A DNA stretch of 63,525 nt, filler included, from Bilabrum cf. latius (taxonomy: Eukaryota): the NCBI GenBank assembly GCA_965178125.1. It is 3 parts of 3 records of this genome, joined end to end, with 100 filler letters (N's around TTAATTAATTAA, not from the genome) between each part and the next. Parts side by side here need not be neighbours in the genome. Positions count along the whole stretch, not along the records: positions 1 to 25,302 come from CBCXTV010000039.1; positions 25,403 to 50,535 come from CBCXTV010000040.1; 1 more part is not named here. One strand, written 5' to 3'. Of this stretch, positions 23,432-34,300 are shown in pieces (position 1 is the stretch's first letter; the number at the start of each line of letters is the position of its first letter). The notes beneath the pieces are model-generated. The model did no database searches. It had not been told where the DNA came from and was given only the letters and a program-made list of their open reading frames with translations. A program made the position numbers and the translations under genes.

Positions 23432-25058
23432 GGTCGCTTGGCTGTAGGTAACTGATAAACCACGTACTTCTCATTCACAAATGCCACGGGAAGTTTTTCT
23501 ACACTCCTATCCGCATAATGAACCACATAGCCCTCACTGTGCTTGCTGGATTCATCTTTCCAAATGTTGAGGAAATCAGAAGATTGCAGTGCGGCATAAT
23601 CCTCTACCAGATTATGAGGATCGGTACAGTTCAATTTGCTCATGTGATCCAACCAATACTCGGCATATTGCTCACTGAAAAAGGCTTTGGTACCATCATA
23701 CCAGTCTCCATAAGAACTTCGTAAACTATTCACTCTAAAGCCCGGTTGAGCCGGTGGTACAATAGCGGGCGCGTCCTCAGAAGTATTTTGACGGAACCAA
23801 TCTTGTATTTCATACCATTCCTGATCCTGACTTCCTTGATCAATATCCAAACCTCCGCGCATAAAGAAGGCCAAAGCGCCAATCAGTAAATATGCTGCCG
23901 ATAAGCCAATAGGAGTTGTTCTCCTAAAACCATAAAAACGGATAAGATACCAGGCGGCGCCAATTAGCATTAAAGCGGAGATTGTTTTCGACCACTCCCC
24001 GTAGGCATACTGAGCCAGAATTGGAATGATAAGCAGGTAAAAAATCGGTTTAGGATTGGTGATCAATACTCCGGCCCAAAGCGCAAGGGTCAAAGTGCTG
24101 ATGAATAAGAAAGCGCGGTAAAACTGAAATTGAATAATAAGCTTCACCGGAATAAACTCGGTAAAAATGGTTCCAATAGCAATCATTAGGATGATGGCAA
24201 TCCAAAACCTTGTAGAAAACGCTTCGCACGTAACTCAAAATTAGCCTTGCTAATGATCACGAAATAGGCAAGGAGCATTAAAGCACTCTTGAAGAACATC
24301 ACTGGAGGAAAGGCACTGGGAAAGGTGTGCTGGCCATTACGCAGGCGCATGACCTCCATCCAGGTTTCTGAAAAGCTCAAGCTTGATTCTCCGCTGGCAT
24401 TAGTGAACTTTAGGATTAGCACCGGACTCATCATCAATAAAAGGAGTGAGCCTAACCACAAATGCTCTCGTTTGATGCCATCTGCCAAGAGGATTGCAAT
24501 GGCACCAGCCCCTAAAATGTAAATCGTGGACAGCGGATGAATATTAAAAGAAAGGCCCAATAACATTACCGCATACCAGAGGCGTCCGCGGTATAAATGA
24601 AGGATGCTCAATAAAAGAATCGGATAGGCAATGGTCCGCTCCATCAACAAAGTGTCCCAGATGCTTACGAAGCCAATCACGGGAAATGAGAAGCTCAAAA
24701 GCACTACCGCTAGAATTCCTGCCTCACGGGAATTAAAAATTTCTCTTGCCAAGCGATAGAAGGCAAACACTGTGAGTAAAAATGATGCAACATAAAGGGA
24801 AAAGAACAGCACGGGAATGCTGTTTCCAAAATAGGGTAAAGCCAACTTTAAGCCATAGAGGAAAAAGGTCGGTGAATTGCTGTATTGATCTACTAATAAA
24901 TCGTTTGGATAATGCTCCGGATCTAAGAGCTCATAAAGCCAGGGCAAGGAAATAAACTGATTCCACATGCCATAGTGGTATTGGTTAATACCAATAACCG
25001 AGGCGAGGGCAACCGCCAGCAAGAACAATGGAACTCGATATTTCTGAATGATAAACAT
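23404..25058 (-). CDS. Polytopic membrane protein, possibly glycosyltransferase-C-like (frameshift near 24205)
   Basis: Two abutting hydrophobic ORFs join if one T is added to a homopolymer; DPEHYPNDLL, NIHPLS and RLRNGQHTFP motifs. Confidence 0.65.
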
Positions 25059-25302
25059 AACCCTCTAAATCTTTCTGAAACAAAATTGATTGTTGAGGGT
25101 CGAATGGGCCTAAATCTTTCGACTAGGGGCTTTTTTCATACGATTATCGGTCTGACTTATAGGATTGTACTATGCTCTTCAAAGCTTTTTTTTGCAATGT
25201 TCGGTACGGTGGCATCTGCTGCTGGATAGCCCACCGGGAGCAATAAGAAGGGCTTTTGGTGAGTCGGTCGACCGAGAATTTCGGCCAGAAAATTCATTGG
25301 GC

Positions 25303-25402
25303 NNNNNNNNNNNNNNNNNNNNNNNNNNNNNNNNNNNNNNNNNNNNTTAATTAATTAANNNNNNNNNNNNNNNNNNNNNNNNNNNNNNNNNNNNNNNNNN
25401 NN
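25303..25402. other. Artificial contig linker
   Basis: 44 N + TTAATTAATTAA (stops in all six frames) + 44 N. Confidence 0.97.
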
Positions 25403-28400
25403 TGGCGGAGAGTCGGGGCGCTCTTCGTCCTGCGTCAGAATCTTCCACAAGTTGGTGATATCATTCTGCTCCAAGTTGTGCGGGATCCTCCATTCCGTGG
25501 CTATGAGGAAATGCTGCCGCGCCTTCTCTTTGATCGCGGCCACCTCTGGCGACTCGATTGGGTTGTGCATCATGCACCGGTTCGGGCCCCAAGGTAGGCC
25601 CAACTGGTCCAACGCCGTTCCGATGCAGAAGGTGTACACGAACCTGCACAGGGACAAGTAGTCCTCCTTGAGCCACAAGTAGGCCGCTGCGATCTCGTAG
25701 GCGTCGCCGATCTGCTCGTCGGTGGAAAACCAGCCGTCGAAGTCCGCAATGGCCTGAGAGATCTCATCGAACTCGTCTCGGTTCTCGCGTATGGAAATCA
25801 CGTCGGGCATGTACCCGTGCTCGTACGCGTAGGTGTGGTTCTTGATCACAATGTAGCGAGCCCTGGTCTTGAGGATGCCTGCACGAAGGAGCAATTCCGT
25901 GGCTGCCCAGTCGACAATGAGCGAGCCCAAGTGGCTGACGTTCTTGAGCTCGTTCTTGTAGCCCTCGTGGCCGAACTTGTTCTTGAGGGCGCAGCCGACT
26001 CCGATGGCCAATATCATATCGTCATTGATCAAGCATCTGGGGCTGTGCTCCCCTGCAAACTCCCGCAGGTGGATGAGCGTCCTGCCCACCTCGAAGTCGA
26101 TGTCGACTTGGCGCCTGCCGTCCTTGAAGTGCGTGTGCGAATGCAGGAAGCCCCTCAAGGCCTGCTCGCACTCCTCGTCGCAGATCGGCTGCTCACAGGC
26201 GAACGGGTCCGGCTTGAACCAGTGGAGGACAGTCAGTAACGACTTTTCGATGGAGATTGATCCCTCCACTATGCTGGCGGTGACCCAGCCGCCATCGTTC
26301 GTGCCATACGAATCAATGTGGTCGGCGAACGGATACGTCCGCGAGTTCTGCAACGGATTGTAGCCGCCAAGGTAGAAGGTCGTCGTGGGTGACCTGTGCC
26401 TGGCGCGGACCGCCGGGAACATTGAGGCTGCAACGGCGGTTTCGGAAGTCCAGAAGGCATGGCATGGCGAGCTGGGCTTCAGCCAATCGGCATCCACACC
26501 AGGCTCGCCCATCTGCTCATCGTCGTCATCGCCCTTCTGGCTCTCCTCCGGCTGCTTCATGAGGTACGCCTCGTTGTTCACCTCTTCGGCGGTCTTCAAC
26601 GTCAGTGCGAAGCGTTGGCTTCTTTCCTCAAGCACCTCTTCCCGCGTCTTGACATCGAACAAGCCCTAGCCACCATTGAACTGCGGGTTGAGGTTGTGAA
26701 TGAGCTGGTCGAGCGTGGGAAGCGGCCACATGCCTCGCTGGATGTGCTCCGCCCCGGGGATCATGCGGAAGTGCAACCTGCCATTGCTGATCATCTCCAA
26801 AACGAGTCGTGCTCGAGCCCGCCACTTCTGTCCCTTGTCGCCGGAGGCGGACTCGCGCGCCATCTTGCGGTTCCTCTTGTCGCGCTGAAAGCCGGCCCTG
26901 CTGTCGAACTTGCCCTGTCGTGCCTGCGGGTCACCGCTGCTGGACCCGGAGACGACCTGGATGGCCTCCTGCTGTTGCGTGAGGCTCAGCTCAGGCGACG
27001 AGAGGCGCATGTTGGCTGGCGCGGCGCAAGTCGTAGAGATGGTGTTCCCGTCGGCATCGATCAGCTCGGAGTCACCGGCCTCCTGACCGGTCAATGGGCC
27101 GGCCCCGTCATTGACCCAACCGACCTCGAACATGTCGCGTGTGCCGCCGGCACCCTTCGGATAGTGATGGTTCATCTCGATGGTGTAGGGCACAAGGAAG
27201 CTGTAGTCCAAATGGCGGCCACCTCCAAAGCTACCTCCAAGGTCCTGGTAGTGGCGGTTGACAAACCTCGTGCCCTCCGGCGTGGCATTGCCTTTGGCGA
27301 CGATCTGCTTGTACCGTCGTGAGAGGACACTGTGCTCTGCGCCGTGTCCGAGCCGAGCTCTGGCGATCTGCTTGAGGTCCTGCCGCTTCTCCGGGCCGTT
27401 GAGGAACTCATTCTCCAGCGTGCGCTTTCGGCTAAAGTCATTGAGCGGCGGGATATCACCCTCATAGTCTTCGCAATCCATCACATAGCCCGGCCTGCAT
27501 CGAACTGTCACCTTGGCGCACTTGGCCCACAAGTCCTTGAATATGCGCACATGGTCGTTGCCGTCGTGGAGGACGCGCGTAGTCGCGTCGCCACCGTCGT
27601 CGAAATCGATGACGTTGGTCTCAAAGTCATTGTGCAGCTCCACCGGGTCCATCTCATACTCGATGAAGGCGTCCCGTAGGGCGAACTTGTCGGCGTACTC
27701 CGGAGGCGTGGCCAAGAGATAGACATGGGTGATGTGCAAGTCCTCGGGCCGAAAGCCGTACGTGGGCGACTCGCTGAAGCCACGCCACAGATAGCTGTTC
27801 GGCTTGGCGACCACCCGAAAGACGGCGGTCATGGGGTGCGTGCCATCGGTGGCAAGCACCGTGCCCTGAGGAAAGTCTTGGGTCTCGCACACCTTCGGAT
27901 GTTTGCACGCCTTCTGGAAGTCCTTAGTCACTCGCACCAACGAAACTCCTGCTGCGGGACGCACCACCATGGCTCCATTGATCGACTCGATCGGGGGCCT
28001 CCGTCGCCCCTCCGGGCTGCAATTGCCGAGGTACCAAGCACCGGCGAGGCACGACCCTGTGCCGTAGCTCGGCAGGAGGCCTTTCCGGAGGATGAGCGGC
28101 ACACATGAGGCCCATGTGCCATGGTAGAAGCACTCCGGCTCGTGGCCGTAGTCGTCCGGCATGGGAGCGCCGTTAGGAATGCTCATCATGTCGCCCGGCG
28201 GCATGATCGTCGCGGCGACCGAGAGCGTCTTCTGGTACATGACCTTGTTGCTGGGCCACACGAACGGAGAGTCCGGGTACGACCCGGCATGCCTGCACTC
28301 CAAGAAGAAGTCATTGATCGAAGAGCGAGGCACGAACATCCCTGGGAGGCCCACATCGGCTTGCCGTTGGACCGTCTCGTACTTCCGGGCGTACTCAAGC

Positions 28401-28993
28401 ACGTCCGGAGACGCGACGCTCGTGTTGATGCTCGGGGGAGTGCGCAGCTCTTCCTGTCTGAGGAGCCTCGCCCGAAAGTCAATGTGCTCCATGACCTTAA
28501 GGGCGCTCGGGAGCTGCGCCTCGGGAAGCAGCTGCTCGTACTCCGGCATGGTGAACCACGGATGGCCCTGGCCCATGTCCCGCTCGCGCAAGAGCGGCTT
28601 GCCGGAGTACCAGTCGTTCGGCGAGGTCCGCGGGTTCCACCACTGCTGTGAGTGCTGGCTCTCGTGGTCGGACCGGAACTCCTCGTTCTACCGAACGTAC
28701 TGGCTCCATGTAGCGTCGTCCCACCAGGAGCGCTCGGGCGCCTGGTGTTGGGGCCAGCCCCCTTGCTGGCTCCCGCTGCTGGTGTGAGTCTGCTGCTGCG
28801 CCTCCCTGCCCGATGTCCAGTGGCTGCTGGATGACGACCACCGCTGTGTCGAGGAGGAGGCGTTGGGAATCGAATTCGGTTGACCGGTGGGGTTCAGCCG
28901 ATCGGCATCCCCACCACCGGTCCAAGAGCTGCCGCTTTGCTGCCCGCTGCTCCCGTCCGCCCATCCGGAATGCCAGCCGCTGCCGGCCGACAT
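25403..28993 (-). CDS. Element 1 cargo ORF with an ADP-ribosyltransferase-like (HGT motif) domain; two in-frame TAGs (28688, 26666)
   Basis: Same frame from MSAGSGW through track ORFs 26666-28591 and 25355-26662; FYHGTWASCVPLILRKGLLPS near 28130-28065. Confidence 0.55.
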
Positions 28994-31354
28994 CGCGAAA
29001 AAGTATGATGCGACGGGTGATCTACTGACGCAGGCGGCACGTGGCAGAACCTGGGAGCAGTCTCCTGGGACCAGAGTCCTAGAAACGGCTAATGGCGGTA
29101 TGATGCACACATGGTGAATGCCATCCACTGCTGGGCGAAAACACGGGCACGACTGATGTCTGGACGACGGGAAGTGATCAGATTGGCCTGTCGACTTCAG
29201 CCGATCGGCATCCGCACGACAGGCCACCCACAAGCTGCTCTGATTGGTCGTGCCATCGCCCAAGCGGTCCGCGGGCCGTTTCGCAGCCCACACCTCTGAC
29301 GCAGACTGAACCAACATTCTGCCGGACATTAGGGCATGCAACAGATCGCGAGACACGGCCCCCTTTGTGAGGCCGTCTGCAGTCATGTCACGCGTGTCGA
29401 GCCAGACCATAGATGACAAGACGCGATGGTCTAGGAGCTCGCGCAAGTACTGCACATGCACGAATAGCGATTTGTCTGCGGGAATCTTCACGGTGCTGGC
29501 TGTGACGGCTGCAAACACCGACTTGGCATCAATGTACAGCGACATAGGGACAAATCCAGCATTCTCGCGTCGCGCGCGCGCACTCTCTGCTGTCATGGGC
29601 CCGGTCTCAACTTCACACAACATTTGGGAGACCAGAATACCTTGGTCAACCGCGTCGCCTGCCGAAAGAAGCTCAGCGGCGAACGTGCTGCGCGTGACGT
29701 GTCTTTGCGACCGGCAAGCCCACTCAATGACATGTGCTGGAGCTGTTCTGGTGAAGGAACCAAGTTGGCTGGTGGGGTTCAGCCGATCGGCATCCCCACC
29801 ACCAGCCTGTCCGGCAACTCGAGTCTTTGCCTCGCCACCCGTCTCGCACCTGAGAAACAAAGCACCCCGGAGGCTGTAGCCATCCTCCGGCTCCTTCTTG
29901 AATGCTGCGTCCGACACCACACGCAGGTGTGGGACACTCGTCCTGTCGAATGGTGCGAAGTGGAGCTGCTTGGGGGTTCGCTGAACCCAGCGCAGCACAC
30001 GATTGAGCTTGCGAGCATGCTCCACACGTGGCTTGGCAACATTTCGCTGGAGGGCGCAGACAAACACAAGAATGTCCACACGGGTGTGCGCCAAGTATGC
30101 CAACGCGCCCAACAAGGATCGGTATAGAGCGTGCAGCTCCATTCCGGCCTCGTCATCATCGGCTCCGGACGAGACCTGTGGATGCGCGATTGGCTTCAAT
30201 GTATTCGCAAAGTGGATCTGATCCAAGGTGACCGCTAGGGTCTTGGGGCATTGAACATGGCGCACGCCGCAATTGGTGAACTCGTACTTGTTCACCTTGA
30301 GCTCGCCGAAGACCTTCTGAATCTCGGTCATGACTGTTTGGATGACCGCAGGGTCCCCGGCGAACTTCAGATCGTCAACGTGCTTGGTCATTATCAACTT
30401 CAAGTCTCCATGTTTGTCGTGGTAGTAGCACAACTCTTGGTCGATCGTGCTCGGCTGCAGGCCGCACTTGTCTCGCGTGACCATTTGCAATTTGAGCGAG
30501 AAGGCTCGGGGCGCGTCAACCAGCCCCGTGCCAGGCTTGTCACAGTGCAGCACCTCTGTGCGGGGGTCAAAGGTCTCGAAGCCTGGAATCTGTCGAAGTT
30601 GGGACATGTTATATGCCGGGAGGTAGAAGTTGACCTCCCGTGCGGGTTCCCCTGTGAGCTTGGCAAGCTCTTCATAGGTGACGCCCTGGAGAAAGGCCTT
30701 GGAGATGTCGGCGGCACAGAGGACCCAGCCACGGAGAACGGCCTCAGACACGATGAGCTTCTGCGAGCCCCTGGTCGATGTCCCGGCGTAACGGTCGATG
30801 TCCCATTTGTCGGCATCTTTAAAGCCACGCGCAGTGAGCCGAGCTCGTATCGTTCTCTTCGCAGTGGCTGGCGAGTTCTGGAAGCCAACCTTCGTAGCGT
30901 CAACGGTCTGCTCCTCGTACTTGAACTTGTACACCCGACGCGTGTCAATGACGTTCCTGGCCTCCGTCTTCTGCTTGCGGCTGAAGCACTCCAACTTCGC
31001 CCAGGTCTGGAGCTCCTTGAGCATGGCTCCCTCGATTTCTTGCCAGTGTTCATTGACCTGCTGGGGTGAGAGAACATCGTCGTCCCGCTGTACCACGGCG
31101 CGCCGGGTGCTGTTGGTCTCAACCTTCAGCACCAACTGTTCATCGGGCCTGATGGCCTGACCACCGGTCCACATGAGGTTCGCCGTGGGGTACGGAACGA
31201 TAAGCTCCACGCTGTCCTCGAGCGTCTCGAATGCATGAAGCATTGAGGTCGTGTGTCCAAGGACATTGAGCTCGAGAAAAAGTTCTAGTGGGAGTCGGTC
31301 GTCTGGCTGAAAGAAACTGTGGGGATCTGTCGGCTTCAGCCGATCGGCATCCAC
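28688..31354 (-). CDS. Copia-type reverse transcriptase + RNase H
   Basis: RT: RARLTARGFKD, ADISKAFLQG, GLVDAPRAF, KHVDDLKFAG. RNase H: VVSDAAF, STFAAELLS, LYIDAKS, DMTADGLTK. Confidence 0.93.
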   Translation of the reverse strand: MDADRLKPTDPHSFFQPDDRLPLELFLELNVLGHTTSMLHAFETLEDSVELIVPYPTANLMWTGGQAIRPDEQLVLKVETNSTRRAVVQRDDDVLSPQQVNEHWQEIEGAMLKELQTWAKLECFSRKQKTEARNVIDTRRVYKFKYEEQTVDATKVGFQNSPATAKRTIRARLTARGFKDADKWDIDRYAGTSTRGSQKLIVSEAVLRGWVLCAADISKAFLQGVTYEELAKLTGEPAREVNFYLPAYNMSQLRQIPGFETFDPRTEVLHCDKPGTGLVDAPRAFSLKLQMVTRDKCGLQPSTIDQELCYYHDKHGDLKLIMTKHVDDLKFAGDPAVIQTVMTEIQKVFGELKVNKYEFTNCGVRHVQCPKTLAVTLDQIHFANTLKPIAHPQVSSGADDDEAGMELHALYRSLLGALAYLAHTRVDILVFVCALQRNVAKPRVEHARKLNRVLRWVQRTPKQLHFAPFDRTSVPHLRVVSDAAFKKEPEDGYSLRGALFLRCETGGEAKTRVAGQAGGGDADRLNPTSQLGSFTRTAPAHVIEWACRSQRHVTRSTFAAELLSAGDAVDQGILVSQMLCEVETGPMTAESARARRENAGFVPMSLYIDAKSVFAAVTASTVKIPADKSLFVHVQYLRELLDHRVLSSMVWLDTRDMTADGLTKGAVSRDLLHALMSGRMLVQSASEVWAAKRPADRLGDGTTNQSSLWVACRADADRLKSTGQSDHFPSSRHQSCPCFRPAVDGIHHVCIIPPLAVSRTLVPGDCSQVLPRAACVSRSPVASYFFAMSAGSGWHSGWADGSSGQQSGSSWTGGGDADRLNPTGQPNSIPNASSSTQRWSSSSSHWTSGREAQQQTHTSSGSQQGGWPQHQAPERSWWDDATWSQYVR

Positions 31355-34300
31355 ACGACAGTCCCCACATCCTGCGTCTTGGGTTCTCCCACCGAACCTG
31401 CAAGGAGCACCGTCTCGAGGACCTGCTGCATCCCAGGGTCCTCGTGGATGAAGAACTCCGAAAGAAGAGACTGCCTGGTCCCGTCGCTGTCGCAGAGGTC
31501 ACTGTTGCGCTCCTCGGGAATCGTCGACAGTCGGGGTGCGCTGTCAGTGGCCATCGACGACGCACCTGACGGGACGACACTGTTGTGTTGGGCCTGCTGC
31601 TCGACAAGGTCCACAGACTCCGCGTTGCAATAGAACTGGATCACACAGTACTTCGCCCAACACGGGCCAACTGCGGCCTGTACGGAGAATCGTGGGATAT
31701 GTCCGGCGTAATCCGCGATTTGTTCATGGAAGACATACGGTCCACCACCGCGTGGCCACATCATGCTGACGCACAGCTCATGCCCATGCGTTCCTCCGAT
31801 GTGGCGCGCTCCAACGCCGGCCTTCACCGCAACGACATTGTCGAGCTGGAACCGGGCAGCACACAGGAACTCAGCCCTGAACACCGGTAAGACTGGGCTA
31901 GCGGTCCTGCGCCAGCCGTTTGGCGTCTTCTCAGGGCCCACGCTGATGGTGGTCCCCTCATTGAGCTGATTCACCATCCGCACCACGGTCGACCACACAT
32001 TCCGGTGCACGGGGCTGTTGTAGGTCGCGTAGGAGAGGTCCAGCGTGAAGTAGGAGAGATGGCGCCTGACATGGCGTATCGCCACCTCATACAGTCCTCG
32101 CAACCAACGAAGCGTGATCATGCCCCGGGACAGATTGGTGAGGTCGACCACGGTGGCTGGGCCGTACCATCCAGAGACGTCCTTAGTCGATGGTTCCCGG
32201 TAGAAGTCAACCTCGTCGCCCAACTGCAACTGGAGCTGCTCCCCCGCCATTGTAGTACGAGTGCCAAGTGCTCGGTTGATCCTTGCCTGAGCCGACCCCT
32301 CGACAACGGCCTGAACGGCCAGCTCTCGTAGGCGGCGTGTGCTCAAAAGGTCGGAGGTCTTGGTCGCACCACCTGGGTAGTCGATCTGGTCGGCACTGGG
32401 CAAGATATGCGGCACTCGGCCATAGACGGCATTGTACGGGGTTGAGCCATTGACGGTGAGGAGTGCATTGCCTGCGAAGACTGCCTCTGCGAGCACCCGC
32501 TCGAACGGGACGTTCAAGCCGTCGACGTTACACTGCGTCACGAGTCGGTGCACGCAGTCTCGGAAGATGGCGCCCCGGCGCTCAATGTACCTCGCATGCG
32601 TATCCTTGGGGCGCACCACCAGGCGTACACCATGGTGGTTCAAGAAGAGCTTCGCATCGTCGCTGCCTGAGATGCCTCCCTCGCCGTCCATGATGAGCTC
32701 CTTCGGAGGGCCATGTGTCTGGAACCAGAGACGAGTAATGCCATTGATCAATGTGGCAGACTCCTTGTTCGGGATCACCTCGGCCGCATGCCACCTCGTG
32801 CAGCGGTCGAGCATGTGAAGGATGGTGTGCCCAGAGATGAAGATCAGGTCGCACTCGACCTGTTCATTGAACCTATCAGGAATGGCTGCGTTGCTCGCAC
32901 TCATTGGCCCTGGCCTGCTCCACTCACGACACACCGTGCACGAGTGCACGATGCTGGGCACCAGGTCAAGCGCCTTCTGTGGAACTCCTGCTCGGTGAAG
33001 CATGCGCGTGAGCGTCTGCGCCGATGCGTGCCACCATCTGACGTGCAACTTGCGCAAGACGCGACGAATAACTGCTTCATTGTCCGTGCGGAGGGCCCGG
33101 ACCGAATTGCCAATGTCGAAGTGCGTCCAATCCGGCTGCGGCGCCTCGCCGACGGCGGCGTCAGCGTAGCGCGGCCTTTGGGCGCGTCGAGGCCCATCCT
33201 GGCCTCGTCCATCGACTGCATCATCTGGCACTTCCACCACATCCGGAGGCAGTGGCGGCGCCGGCCTGTACTCCGCTGGCCCAGAGCTGCGAGTGACAGA
33301 GTCGGGCAAAGCGGCTTCAGCCGATCGGCATCCACGCGCTTCGCCCTGCTGCGCACGATCTGCTGCTACAACTCGCTCTTCGTCTGCCGTTCCCATGGGG
33401 CGACCGTCTGGGTCGACTGGAGCGAGCCTCGCTGTCGGCTCACTCGTGTCCGGAGGTACTGGGTCATGCGGACGGTCGCCTCGGGCAGCACGAGTGACTG
33501 GCACATAACCAGTGGCAAATCGGCATTCCCCAAAACGGAACGTGTGTGCGGGATCGCCTCGCTGGCACCTGTCTTGGCATGCCTGACACCCTGGATAGAA
33601 CGGAACAACATGGGGCCAGGCGCACTGGCCCACCTTGCGATTGTGCGCTGGGTCGTCCATGGCGATGTTACGTTGGCATGCCGGACAAAGGCAGGCCTCG
33701 TTGCCAGGAGGCACACGTCGATCTCGGACTGGCTTCTGTCGATGGCCCGGCGGTCGTGGCGCCAGCTGAGGTCCTGAATGCGAGGCTGCTCCCGAACCAG
33801 AGCTGGAAGAGGATGGTCCGACCGGGTACACGACAGTGCCTGCATTGATCTGCTGTTCGAAGCCGACCTCGACTGGGTAGCGCCCGACAAGCAACGCGGG
33901 GTCGCTGCCCAACGATGCGAGGTCTTCGCCACAATCGTCGAAATGGTCCTCGATGATCTTTGTCCGCTTCTTGGCAACGTGGGGGTTGCCCGCCTCTTTC
34001 TGCAGCTTACGTCGCTCCTTCTCCCTCTGCTTCGCCTCGGTTGGGAACGCCAGAACGCCTCGATCGCATCGCTGCTGTGATCGGATGCTGCTGCTGCCTG
34101 CTCCTGGGTCGTAGGATGTCGTTGTCTCTTGTCCGCCCTGAGGCGGTCTTGAAGTGCTGGGGGTACTGCTGGGTCCGCCCGCAGGCGGGCCTGAACTGCT
34201 GAGTCTGGTGTGTCCTGGGACGCCCTGATCGTACCTGGCCACACCGACATGGACGCCCAAGAGCATCAGCAGGACCACCACAAGTAGCACAAAGATGCGA

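Noticed and set aside
17675-25058. Pseudogenisation of the bacterial genes after transfer
   Set aside because: All breaks are single-base homopolymer losses with no nonsense codons; sequencing error is the simpler explanation.
25347-25358. TTAATTAATTAA as a biological site, and any synteny across the gaps
   Set aside because: It is the same synthetic linker in both gaps, so adjacency between contigs carries no information.
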